NCBI GenBank assembly: GCA_025603075.1
Contig: MU626329.1
Location: forward strand, 1-64,000
From: Neoconidiobolus thromboides FSU 785
Lineage: Eukaryota; Fungi; Entomophthoromycota
Reading direction: 5' to 3'
DNA length: 64,000 bases
The translations under genes were made by a program, and so were the position numbers. Numbering within the stretch: the stretch's first letter is position 1; the number at the start of each line of letters is the position of its first letter. Shown here one piece after another: positions 48,649-58,926 of this stretch. The notes beneath the pieces are model-generated. The model had not been told where the DNA came from, searched no databases, and saw only the letters and a program-made list of their open reading frames with translations.

Positions 48649-48689
48649 TTCTTTAACTGAGATTTTCTTTAACTGAGATTTTCTTTAAC
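48649..48689. repeat. 16-bp direct repeat x2.6 (TTCTTTAACTGAGATT)
   Basis: Read directly; lies between two divergently transcribed genes. Confidence 0.9.
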
Positions 48690-49256
48690 GTTTAAAGTTT
48701 CTTCCAAGTTTTCTACCTTTCAGTTGATATTCACTTTAAATTAAGATTTTTATAACTCCATAATGGTCATCAATTTCACCATTTTGATCTCTTTTGATCA
48801 ACTATTAAAGAAGACTATGATAAAATATAATATTAAACTCGGAATTAATTAATGTTAATTTTATAAAATATAAAGATAAAACAAATAATGAAAACGATAA
48901 ACTTGGCTTATCATTAAACTTCGGTAAAAATAGGAATTAAATAATAATAAAAAATTGTAATTTTAGTTTTTCTTGTCATCTTCTTTTTTTAAATTTAATT
49001 TTATTATTACAAGTATTACTTTAACATTTTGTTTTTTTCCTTATTCAATTACTTACTAGTATTATTATTATAGGTAGCTGGTGCTGCTTTTGGTTGATCC
49101 ACAAATACTTATTACACTAGCTTTTGATCAAGCTAAATATTACCTACCTTGTAGATTGAATCACAAGAAGCTAGTTAGAAACTAAAAATATAATATGTAT
49201 TACTTTATAGCATTATAATTTAACTTCATACTAATATAGTTTTGTTTTTAGAATAA

Positions 49257-50789
49257 ATGTACACCAATACCATAAATTTAATATTGATAGCTGCCATTCT
49301 GGGGAATGTAAATTCAGTAGTCCCAGATACAGAAACTAATAATGTTAGAAAAATACATCGTCATATAAGATATGGTTGTCATCCATACACTGAAACAAGT
49401 ACTATTGATTATACTGCTACCAATACCATAACAAGAACCGTTCCAGCTTCTAATTGTAAACCATGTACTAAAACCACTCTTACTTCTATTATACCAAAAA
49501 CAACTACTGAATATTATACCTCCACTAAATATCCAGAAGATTGCTCTCCACCTTGTATTAAGAGTATTACTAGATTTAATGATGTAACTATCACTAAAAC
49601 AATGACTGAAACTCTTCCTCCTCAACCACGTACTTATACTGAGTATGTTGATTATACTGTTAGTAAAACAAAAACGGTTACTTTACCTGCAGCTACTAAG
49701 ACAAAAACCATGTATAATGATGTAACTCATACGATTACTAATGTTAAGACGGTAGCGCCTGAGGCCAAGACAGAAACCAAATATGTAGACTTAACAAAGA
49801 CCCAAACAAAGACAAAAACGGTACCAGCAGCTGAAAAAACAGAAACAGAATATGTGGATATTACTACTACTGTAATCAAAACAAAGACGGAAGTACCAGG
49901 AGCACAAACTGAAACTAAGTATATTGATTTAGTTGTAACTAACGTTGTAACTAAAGTATTACCACCGATCACGGCAACCGAAACTAGTTACGTTGATGTG
50001 ACTCATACCAACACTATAACTAAGGAGTTACCTCCACCTATTGGAACGGAAACTACTTATTATGATGTGATTCACACCAATACAGTTACCAAGGAGCTAC
50101 CAGCACCTACCGCAACTGAGACTAGTTACTATGATGTAACTCATACTAATACCGTTACTAAAGAGCTACCTCCAGTAACTGAAACTGAGACCAATTATGT
50201 TGATATAACTGAAACTAAGATACAAACTAAGACCATTGAACCAAATCCAAGTTCAACCACTGTTTATGTTGATTTAACAGCTACAGTAACTACCACAAAG
50301 ACAGAAATACCTGGGGCTCAAACAGAAACCAAATATGTTGATTATACTCATACCAATATAGTAACTAAAGAACTACCTGCAAAAACTGAAACGGAAACTA
50401 CATATCTTGATGTGACTCATACCAATACAGTAACTGAAAAGTTGCCAGAGATTACTTATACCGATATTAAATATATTGATTTAACAACTACCAAAACCGT
50501 TACTGAATCACTTAATGCACCCATAGCTACTGCTACTGAAACTGTATCATTAACAGCTACTTCCACATTAACTAAGACTGTTTATCCAAAGGTTACTGTC
50601 ACTAATACTATACCGATTACAAAAACGGAAACTGAAAGAGTGACTGTTTATCCAACTGAAACCCGAACTGTTACTGAAGATGTTACGTATACTAAAACAA
50701 GAACAGAATCGGTTGTACCAACTACTTGTACTCCTATAAAGAGATATTATGATGATGTTCCACTTTATGAGTATAACTTTGATGAATAA
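49257..50789 (+). CDS. Secreted Thr-rich repeat protein (mucin/adhesin-like)
   Basis: 510 aa, N-terminal hydrophobic signal, repeats of TETxYxDVTHTNTVTKELP. Confidence 0.85.
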   Translation: MYTNTINLILIAAILGNVNSVVPDTETNNVRKIHRHIRYGCHPYTETSTIDYTATNTITRTVPASNCKPCTKTTLTSIIPKTTTEYYTSTKYPEDCSPPCIKSITRFNDVTITKTMTETLPPQPRTYTEYVDYTVSKTKTVTLPAATKTKTMYNDVTHTITNVKTVAPEAKTETKYVDLTKTQTKTKTVPAAEKTETEYVDITTTVIKTKTEVPGAQTETKYIDLVVTNVVTKVLPPITATETSYVDVTHTNTITKELPPPIGTETTYYDVIHTNTVTKELPAPTATETSYYDVTHTNTVTKELPPVTETETNYVDITETKIQTKTIEPNPSSTTVYVDLTATVTTTKTEIPGAQTETKYVDYTHTNIVTKELPAKTETETTYLDVTHTNTVTEKLPEITYTDIKYIDLTTTKTVTESLNAPIATATETVSLTATSTLTKTVYPKVTVTNTIPITKTETERVTVYPTETRTVTEDVTYTKTRTESVVPTTCTPIKRYYDDVPLYEYNFDE

Positions 50790-51688
50790 GTCAGTTTATA
50801 GTCGAATAATTTTTTAGATCTTAAGTGATTCTTGTTTCCCTTTGCTCAAACCTCTCTTGGTCTTTGACTACTAGTTTTTTTTATCCTCCTCCCCTACACT
50901 TTGATATTATTATGGTCTCTTTTATTTCAAATATATTTTTATTTATTAGCTTAGCTAGATTGTTTATTATTTTCTAATCTTTTGTTGGTTAGCATGTTAT
51001 TATAATAGATAATATTATGTTATATTTATTAAACTCATAATTTATAATAGTTACCATCATGCTATATCACTAGGACCATCTATTATTATTATAGATAGTG
51101 TCATACTGTATTAAATTTATACATTATTATATCATTTCTAGCTAGGTTGATCTCTTAAGATAGCTATTAATGCAATTAGATGATTTAAAAGTATAATGAT
51201 AATTAATAATATGAATGATAAATTTACTCATTTAAAAAACGAAATAACGATTTTTTGTTAATTTTAAATAAAATTTAAATAAATTTAATAAAAAATTCAA
51301 AAATCACTAGATTGTTGCAATAATTTAAAATATAAAATATAATTTTTGTCAAATATTAGACTACAAGCGTTCATTCTAAAATATTATAACTTTAAATAAC
51401 GTTACGTTTGATAAAAAAGGGGCTTCAGAATACCTTAAACAGCCTTATATTTGAATATTTTTTCTTATATCTGTTGTAAAAGATTAAACCTACTGATAAG
51501 ATTTCGATTTTATATCTAAAGAAACAATCAAAAAAAAGTAAATAGCTATTCCTATATACTCGTAATAAAAATAAATTTAACACATGAGCCCAGCTCATAG
51601 CCTACCTGATATCGAGAAGATTGCATCCTACTAGTTATACTGGATGGATATATTTATTAAAATACATTTATTGATAGAGACTAAAAAT

Positions 51689-51760
51689 CTCTCGAGCGGG
51701 GAATTGAACCCCGGTCTCCCGCGTGACAGGCGGGGATACTCACCACTATACTACCCGAGA
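51689..51760 (-). tRNA. tRNA-Asp(GTC)
   Basis: Acceptor stem TCTCGGG/CTCGAGA, anticodon loop CTGTCAC. Confidence 0.95.
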
Positions 51761-51932
51761 CTTTATATTCTGTTGCTAAAAAATATATATAACATTTTTG
51801 ATTTGTTATAATATCAAAACGAAACCACCTGAAGTAGAAAGTTTATGACAGATTCTATCTGACAATTTTAAGTCTCACGTTTTCTATAACAAACGTAGAA
51901 TTCAGTAGCAATAGATACAAAACTATAAATTT

Positions 51933-52016
51933 AGGGATGTATTTTTGTGCTTGAATTTTATTAACAATTTTTCCACTCAAATAGCGCTTGAAATGATAGT
52001 CAAAAAAAACATTCCC
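51933..52016 (+). mobile_element. MITE copy, short internal deletion
   Basis: ATTT on both sides. Confidence 0.85.
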
Positions 52017-52631
52017 ATTTATATCATATTTTCAATCACACACTTTTTGCCCATCAAAAAATAATAAATTATGTCCGTGACTGTATTTTTATAGAAATAA
52101 GAATATGAATTTTATGCATAGTTTAAAAAGAACAAATAATCGGTATATCTAAACCAATATTAGCGCTTATGTACATCTTTGTCTCTTTAAACTAAGTATT
52201 TAAGCTATAGTTATTAGATATATGTATGCTACACCTTTATAGTGAATGAAAGCTGATCAAGAGTTTAGGCTAAAATTCAAATTAAATCCCAACTCAATGG
52301 AAAGGGATACTGTTCTGAGGTCAACCGCTAATTCATTGATTTATGAAGTTAAGAAATGAAATGTAAAGCTTATTTTATAGGATTTTTTGAACATCATCTA
52401 CACAATAGCTTTTTGCATGTTTTTGGTGTAAATGTTTTTGATGTAAACATTTCAATATATTAAAAAGCTATTCTTAGTATTATATTTGAAAATACATAAT
52501 CACAGTTTTATAATTTTATTTAAATCAAAATACAACTAAACACAATGGGTCAAACAACTCAATGAAGTATGGTATTTGAATAATGAAATATTAAAGATTA
52601 AAAAAAAGTTAGTTTATTTTAATACATAAAA

Positions 52632-53678
52632 TTAATTATAAAAACACAAGCCAAGGCAGGTTCGAATATCAGATACAAAACATTCAATTTTAAAAGAAAG
52701 ATGGCGTCTAGATGGTTCATGAGATAATAAGACAAAGAGTGCATTGACTAACCCACAACATGTTAATAAAAGATTAGAACCAGAAATGGCAGTGAGATCA
52801 AAAGTAAAATTATAGGTACCCATTAGGATTAAATTAGTAACATTTAAAAATATATCTGGCATTAGACAAACAGAATAAGCAAAAATTGCTCCTATAAGCT
52901 TTAATGTTGTGATTAACTTTTGTTTCCTTACTGCTTTCTTTTGCGATTTGTAGTCATCTACAATGTTAGTCCCGGCTTCATAGTATTGGGAACTATCTTG
53001 GCTATTGATTACTTTAATACTGGACTTGATTTGTGCTTTTAGAATTATATCTCCAGAAGATGAAATGATCTCATAATATTCATTAGTCATATTAAAATAT
53101 GAAAAAGCAATAATTATTAAAGAAAGGATTACACGGATAATATAATTTGAAAGCCATACATAATAATATATCTTAAATACCTTATATGAAGAATCTGGGT
53201 TGTCACCAGGTATACATATCAAGCCACTAACTGACCATTTATAAAATCCGTTATGTAAATATACAACTGCGAATATGAGGTTTGTAAAAAAAGAAAAAGA
53301 AGCAATAGAATACCATATAAATCCATTGATATTTTTCCTCTTACAAATACTCAAATACCTCATAAAACTTAAAATCGCTACCAATTCGACACAAGAAAGG
53401 AATACAGTCAAGTTGACTGTTGAATCATAAGGGCACCACCATGATGGCTGTGGATTTAATTTATTTGTAATCACAAGGTAATCTATATTAATCAAAATTG
53501 CTCTTACAATATTATGAACATAAAAATATATATCGATCAATGATATAACTAGAATTAGTATTAGGTCAATGCTCTTTAGCTTTAACCCAAAGCTTACTAC
53601 CCCGCCTACAATTAAGTTCAATATTAACCCTACTATTGAAATTATAAGCTGAATTATATGCGCTATACTTAAGCCCAT
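52632..53678 (-). CDS. Class A-like 7TM receptor, clade B
   Basis: 348 aa; WWCPYD, ILSFMRY, LIC, CLMPD, LLSHEP. Closest to the 35713 and 38032 genes. Confidence 0.9.
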   Translation of the reverse strand: MGLSIAHIIQLIISIVGLILNLIVGGVVSFGLKLKSIDLILILVISLIDIYFYVHNIVRAILINIDYLVITNKLNPQPSWWCPYDSTVNLTVFLSCVELVAILSFMRYLSICKRKNINGFIWYSIASFSFFTNLIFAVVYLHNGFYKWSVSGLICIPGDNPDSSYKVFKIYYYVWLSNYIIRVILSLIIIAFSYFNMTNEYYEIISSSGDIILKAQIKSSIKVINSQDSSQYYEAGTNIVDDYKSQKKAVRKQKLITTLKLIGAIFAYSVCLMPDIFLNVTNLILMGTYNFTFDLTAISGSNLLLTCCGLVNALFVLLSHEPSRRHLSFKIECFVSDIRTCLGLCFYN

Positions 53679-54834
53679 TTCTTTTCTTACTTATACAATT
53701 AGAGTTATAGGCTAAAATATAATACTGAATATGTTATAAATGATTGTTTTATATTTAAAAGTTTACAAAAAATAGCAAAAGAAGCTTTTGATAGAGTTAA
53801 TGTTTTTATATCATATAATATGTTTTAATTGTGCTTGTAATGTAATCGAATTAGAAAATATTTGGAACTTAATAAATTGCTTAATTCACATGAGTTATGA
53901 CTGGGCTATATATATTTATTAACAGTTTAAAGCATAAATGTGTATAAGATGACCTTATGCATATATCTAATTCTAAAAATAAAGTAATTTTGGATATTAT
54001 TTTCATGCTTTTCAAAAAAACACATTCAATTATTATTGTATCGCTCCTCTCTTTTTTGCTTTAAAGGTAAAGAAAAACATAAATGATAATAATGGCTAGA
54101 GCCTTATTTAATTCAATATCAAATGAACATTTCAGGTACTATATCAAATATTTTTAAAAATCCTGGATTACAAAAAGCATGTATAAATTGTCTAGAATAC
54201 CATAAAACTAAATACATAAATTTACATTAAACTAAAAAGAACATGACTTATCCATAATTGAGGTTTAATTTTTATAGAACTATTAAGTGTAAAGATAGGT
54301 TATTTTTTTAAATTATTTGATTGATGCTGAAATTTTATTTTTTGCTCGATCACATATTTAGGACTGACCTTATTTTAGGACGACAATGTGTTTTCATTTA
54401 TTATTTTGATTCCTTCTATTATCAACGATAGTGTAATTTCAAGATGTACATAATATACCAAAAAGCTCATTCAAAATTGAGTTATCAAGTTATTAAATAA
54501 GCAAAGTCATAACAATATGCCATCTATACCATTTAATAGCCTGCCATACATAATTTAAATTATTTAGCCTTTTTTACTGTCTTCCTGAGACGAATTATGG
54601 GGTACTAAATAAAATTAAAGATAAATTATACACTTGTCATAATCATAGTCGTTTTAAAATGAACTAACATAAAATTTTAATATCTCATTTGTGTAGTGGA
54701 TTGATTTATGAAACCAATACATGGTTCTAATCTAATATTACAAAACAGTCTTCCTTTATCATTTGAATTTAACATTATCATAAGACTTTATGTAAAATGT
54801 GTAATAAAGAGGTGATTTATTGCTATAGCCATAT

Positions 54835-54929
54835 GAGTATGTGTTTTTTTGTTTAAATTTTACTGATAGCCTTTCCACTCAAATAGCGTTTAAAAATAGA
54901 AAAAGTGATGAAACCAGAAAAATATCCAC
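54835..54929 (+). mobile_element. MITE copy
   Basis: Flanks ATAT/ATAA. Confidence 0.8.
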
Positions 54930-56143
54930 ATAAAAAATTAGGATTTTCTGTTAGGTTAATTCTCTTAAGTATGATATTTATTCTTTTGTATGTAATTTTA
55001 TGTCTTGAATTTAACTTTAGATTTTTATTTGTAAACTGTCTAAAAAACTTATAGAATCATTAAACACTATTTTCTAAAATATATATAGCGCTTAAATAGG
55101 ATTTTAGGATATTTTTATATTTTTATCCTTGAAAGAACCAAACGACTCCTAGGTGGTTATTGAAAAATGAAAATAACAAAAGCAGTAGAGAGGAGAGGAG
55201 AGCTACAAAACAAGGAATTTTCGCTCTGTAGCATTATATGAACAATTCATGAAGGAGGTTGAAATTGAATAAAAAATCTCATTTTTGAAATTATAGCTTA
55301 TATTTAATAATAATACAATTATATCGATTATAATTAAATTAAGTGTCATTTCAGCAATTTTTAAGTTAAATCACAGTATAATTTTTAAATTTTGATTACT
55401 ATAATTGTTTTTGCACTGCACTTTCCAAACTATTTTTTGGGCGATTGTATTATATTGGGCAATTATTTTTGACGAGAAATCTAAAGATTTTAAAAAGGTG
55501 CAAAGATTACTGTTACACAAAAGAGTTCGCTGTAGAAGACTTTATTTTAAATATAGTTTTATAACGACTATTTTGGTTTGGTAATAGCTACATGCAGAAG
55601 TTAAAATTCATAGTCATAATACTCAAAGCTTATTTTTAGCCCTTTCCTTTGGATTATTATATAAATAAAAAGATAGATTAAAAATAAACAGTTTTAATAC
55701 CTCTCCTGTAAAACCCGAAAAAGGTTAAAGTAAATTCTATTGTATCCTTAATTTGCTTTTTTTAATAAAATACTTCTATAAGACTTTTTGACATTTAAAA
55801 ATAGGGGTGATCTGGGAACTTAGAATAAATTTTGTGTAGTGAATTGAAAGTTAAAGTATGGTTATGTTGTACAAATCAAGTACTTTGAAAAAAATTAAGA
55901 ATGATGCAACTTAAAAAATTAAATTAACTTTTTGTGAATTTTAGGAATATACTAAATTATTATTCGTAGAAAATCCAATTTTAAAGCTTGGATTAATATA
56001 ATATATTTAATTCCATAATACACTAAAATAACCCGGGAGCCTAAAGTATACCAAAAAAATGTTATTCTTCTATCCTAGAAACAGGTGACGAAATTAAAAA
56101 TAGACCAGGTACTTAAAGGTGGGAGGTTAAACCGAAGTTAAGG

Positions 56144-56151
56144 TATAAATA
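56144..56151 (+). promoter_or_regulatory. Candidate TATA box of the CAP gene
   Basis: TATAAATA in a locally GC-richer context about 80 bp upstream of the ATG; weak evidence in AT-rich DNA. Confidence 0.35.
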
Positions 56152-56229
56152 CTCCAGGATTGCATCTAAAACAAAATAACTCATTTGGTTCTCTTTATAC
56201 AATTACGTTGATATCCATCTCATAGCAAA

Positions 56230-57162
56230 ATGAAGTTGTCTTTTGTCTGTTTTCTTATTGGCTATATCAGCAGTGCTGTAGGACATGTCGAGCAAATTGG
56301 TGAAAACGAGAATACTCAAGGCCAAGTTCCATTTAAAGCATTAAACAAAAGAGGCTATCAAGATTCCCCTAAACCCGTAACCGTATACCAGTATAAACCA
56401 ATGGGGTATGTTACTGTCACCCAAATAAGAGTAAGCACTGTGATAAAGACAGTAACCGCAACAAATGATATGTGCACTCAAACCTCTAATGGCTCAAAAC
56501 CAAAACCAAGTGAGCATTATACCTCTTCAGTCCCTACCTTATATCCTTCTTCCGTACCAACAAATGGTAAACCCAAACCAAGTCAGTATTATACTCCTTC
56601 AATCCCTATTTTATATCCCTCTTCTACTTATACCACCTCCACTCCTTCTAAACCAAGTAAGACCGTTTCTGATTACAAACCTAGTGAGACTGCTCCAAGT
56701 AACAATGGTAGCTTTGATGAAAGAAGTATTGAAATGCTGTGCAGAGTCAATGCTTTACGTGCTGAAGTAGGAAAAAAGCCATACAAATTTGATAAACGTC
56801 TAATTGACGCAGCTCAAAAACATTCTGAAGATCAAGCAGCTCAAAAGCAGATGTCTCATACTGGAAGTAAAATTCCATATTTCCTCGACCGTATAAAGGC
56901 AGCTGGGTATCCAGCTAAAGATGGATCAGAAAACGTTGCATGGAACCAAAGAACCGTTGCTTGGGTAGTTGATTCCTGGAGAAAATCATCAGGACATTAC
57001 CGTGCTATTATTGGAGATTATGAATGTTTTGGTTGGGGTGAAAAGAACTTTTATTGGACTCAGACTTTTGGTAGCGGTGCTGCCTGTTCTGAGGCTGTTG
57101 TTCCATATTGTAAAAATTACCCAGCTTGGAATCCAAACGACATTTGGAATTATATTAAATAA
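56230..57162 (+). CDS. Secreted CAP/SCP (PR-1-like) protein with S/T/P-rich linker
   Basis: Signal peptide, KR site, then VNALRAEVG...AAQKHSEDQ...MSHTGS...SENVAW...WRKSSGHYRAI. Confidence 0.9.
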   Translation: MKLSFVCFLIGYISSAVGHVEQIGENENTQGQVPFKALNKRGYQDSPKPVTVYQYKPMGYVTVTQIRVSTVIKTVTATNDMCTQTSNGSKPKPSEHYTSSVPTLYPSSVPTNGKPKPSQYYTPSIPILYPSSTYTTSTPSKPSKTVSDYKPSETAPSNNGSFDERSIEMLCRVNALRAEVGKKPYKFDKRLIDAAQKHSEDQAAQKQMSHTGSKIPYFLDRIKAAGYPAKDGSENVAWNQRTVAWVVDSWRKSSGHYRAIIGDYECFGWGEKNFYWTQTFGSGAACSEAVVPYCKNYPAWNPNDIWNYIK

Positions 57163-57949
57163 ATATAAATAATCTATTTGTAAATTTAATAATATACATT
57201 TTAATTCCTTCAGACATATTTTTTAGAAAAATTTCCTTACTAAAATGCTACTTTTTATATAATTCCATTTGTGAAGCAAGTAGTTAAAACTTTACTAATT
57301 TCACTATACTTTTTTTGAGGGATTAAGTGCTTAAAGTAATGTTTGTTAAAAGTATAATATCAACTGAAATGTATTTACAGGAAAATTAATGAGGAATCAC
57401 TGTAGATAGTAGCCAGGGGTTCTACGTACTTTTAATTTTATTATGGGCTAGAACATCAACTTAACTGTATTTCTATTGGATTTCTTATAAACGATGCTAA
57501 AAATTATTGAACTAGTGTTCATGTTATCGATTTTATTGTTTCAAATGAAAAACTCATAGAAGCTTTGGGGGGGCAATCTAATTAGCAAGAATAGTAGTTT
57601 GCAATCCAATTAAGCCTAATAGTTATTCCAAGGCTCCATACCACCCATGAAATTAACACTGTATCCTTCATTAGAAAAAAACACCTATTCGCCTATTAGT
57701 ATCACTTATAATTAGTCGGGTATAAATTTGATTAAAAATACAAATGAGTTTACTATAGGCTTGCATAGCCGAGTAATATAAAAGGACTAGAACAAAGTAC
57801 TGAATTTAGATTTTTTATGGGTTCCTAATTTGAGGCCCCCTTACATAGGCCTCCTGTTTATCTATTGTTATACTCATTTGGTCAATAAGATATTTGCGTT
57901 TTTGAATTTTGAATATTCTCAAGCTTTTAATCCAAAAACAAGATTATAT

Positions 57950-58044
57950 GAGGATGTACTTTTATGTTTAAAATTTTTACTAAATTTTCTGCTCAAATAG
58001 CGCTTAAAGGATGGAAAAGTGATGAAATCAAAAAAAACATCACC
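57950..58044 (+). mobile_element. MITE copy
   Basis: ATAT on both sides. Confidence 0.85.
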
Positions 58045-58320
58045 ATATTTTATTTGCTAAAATGGTAGGTAATAAAAATGAGGCTCCAAAATAGAAATCA
58101 TTTCTCTTAGGTAAGCCAAAAACAAAATTTAGCAAATTTTAGTCAATAAAATTTAATAATTGGGAACTATATAAGAATTACATCTTTTCCAAAAGAATCG
58201 TTAAACAGTAAACAATTAATAAGATACATTTGAAAACTTAGAGTATTTGCAATAGTTTCACCTCATCCTGTTATCTAATTGTTATTCTGTTTACGAAGGA
58301 GAATATTAAAAGTTTGAAAT

Positions 58321-58364
58321 CAATAAAACAAGAGCCAAAATTCAATAAAACAAGGGTCAAAATT
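58321..58364. repeat. 22-bp direct repeat x2 downstream of the ML gene
   Basis: CAATAAAACAAGAGCCAAAATT / CAATAAAACAAGGGTCAAAATT. Confidence 0.85.
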
Positions 58365-58416
58365 TAAATAAGATGTTTTTTTGTAAATTAATGTATGACT
58401 TTTAATCAGCGGTTAA

Positions 58417-58926
58417 TTAAAGAGCAAGTTTAAGTTGAACACGTAAAACTTGCTTCTTGTTTGGAGTAGTTACAACACCATCAACGAGGTAGTTACCACC
58501 CGGAATGTTAGAAGGAATATCGATGACTTTAGTAGCAGTGAGTTCACCCTTTTGAATTGGGCATTTAACTTTATCATCCTCAACGTATTGGCAGAAATCA
58601 TAATCTTTATCAATAACAGTGAAGATACCAAGCTTGGCAGTAACATGAGCGTTGGTACCTTTGACAATGTCTTCTTTAACAGTACCAGTAAGGGTGACAG
58701 TAAGCTTTTGTCCTTTCTTTGGTACACGTGGGCTAAGAGTAACACTCTTAAGTTGGAAAGTATCGGTGGTAGAGCCACAATCATAGACTATGTTATCGGT
58801 GATTGGACGGCAAGCAGCAGAAATGGCGAATTTTTCGCCATCAAAGTAGGCATCAAACTTTGGTTCAATGAAAGCAGAAGCGCTGCTAGCAAGAGCAAAG
58901 AGAGCAAAGACTTGGGTGAATTGCAT
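58417..58926 (-). CDS. NPC2: ML-domain lipid/sterol-binding protein (NPC2 / PG-PI transfer protein-like)
   Basis: Signal peptide; DCG, VTLSP..PKKGQ.L.V.L.G, D.C...CPI.KG, IP..IPGGNY. Confidence 0.88.
   Translation of the reverse strand: MQFTQVFALFALASSASAFIEPKFDAYFDGEKFAISAACRPITDNIVYDCGSTTDTFQLKSVTLSPRVPKKGQKLTVTLTGTVKEDIVKGTNAHVTAKLGIFTVIDKDYDFCQYVEDDKVKCPIQKGELTATKVIDIPSNIPGGNYLVDGVVTTPNKKQVLRVQLKLAL

Noticed and set aside
4776-53678. Receptors as microbial opsins or pheromone (Ste2/Ste3) receptors
   Set aside because: There is no TM7 retinal-binding Lys motif and no long C-tail; the motifs follow the class A pattern instead.
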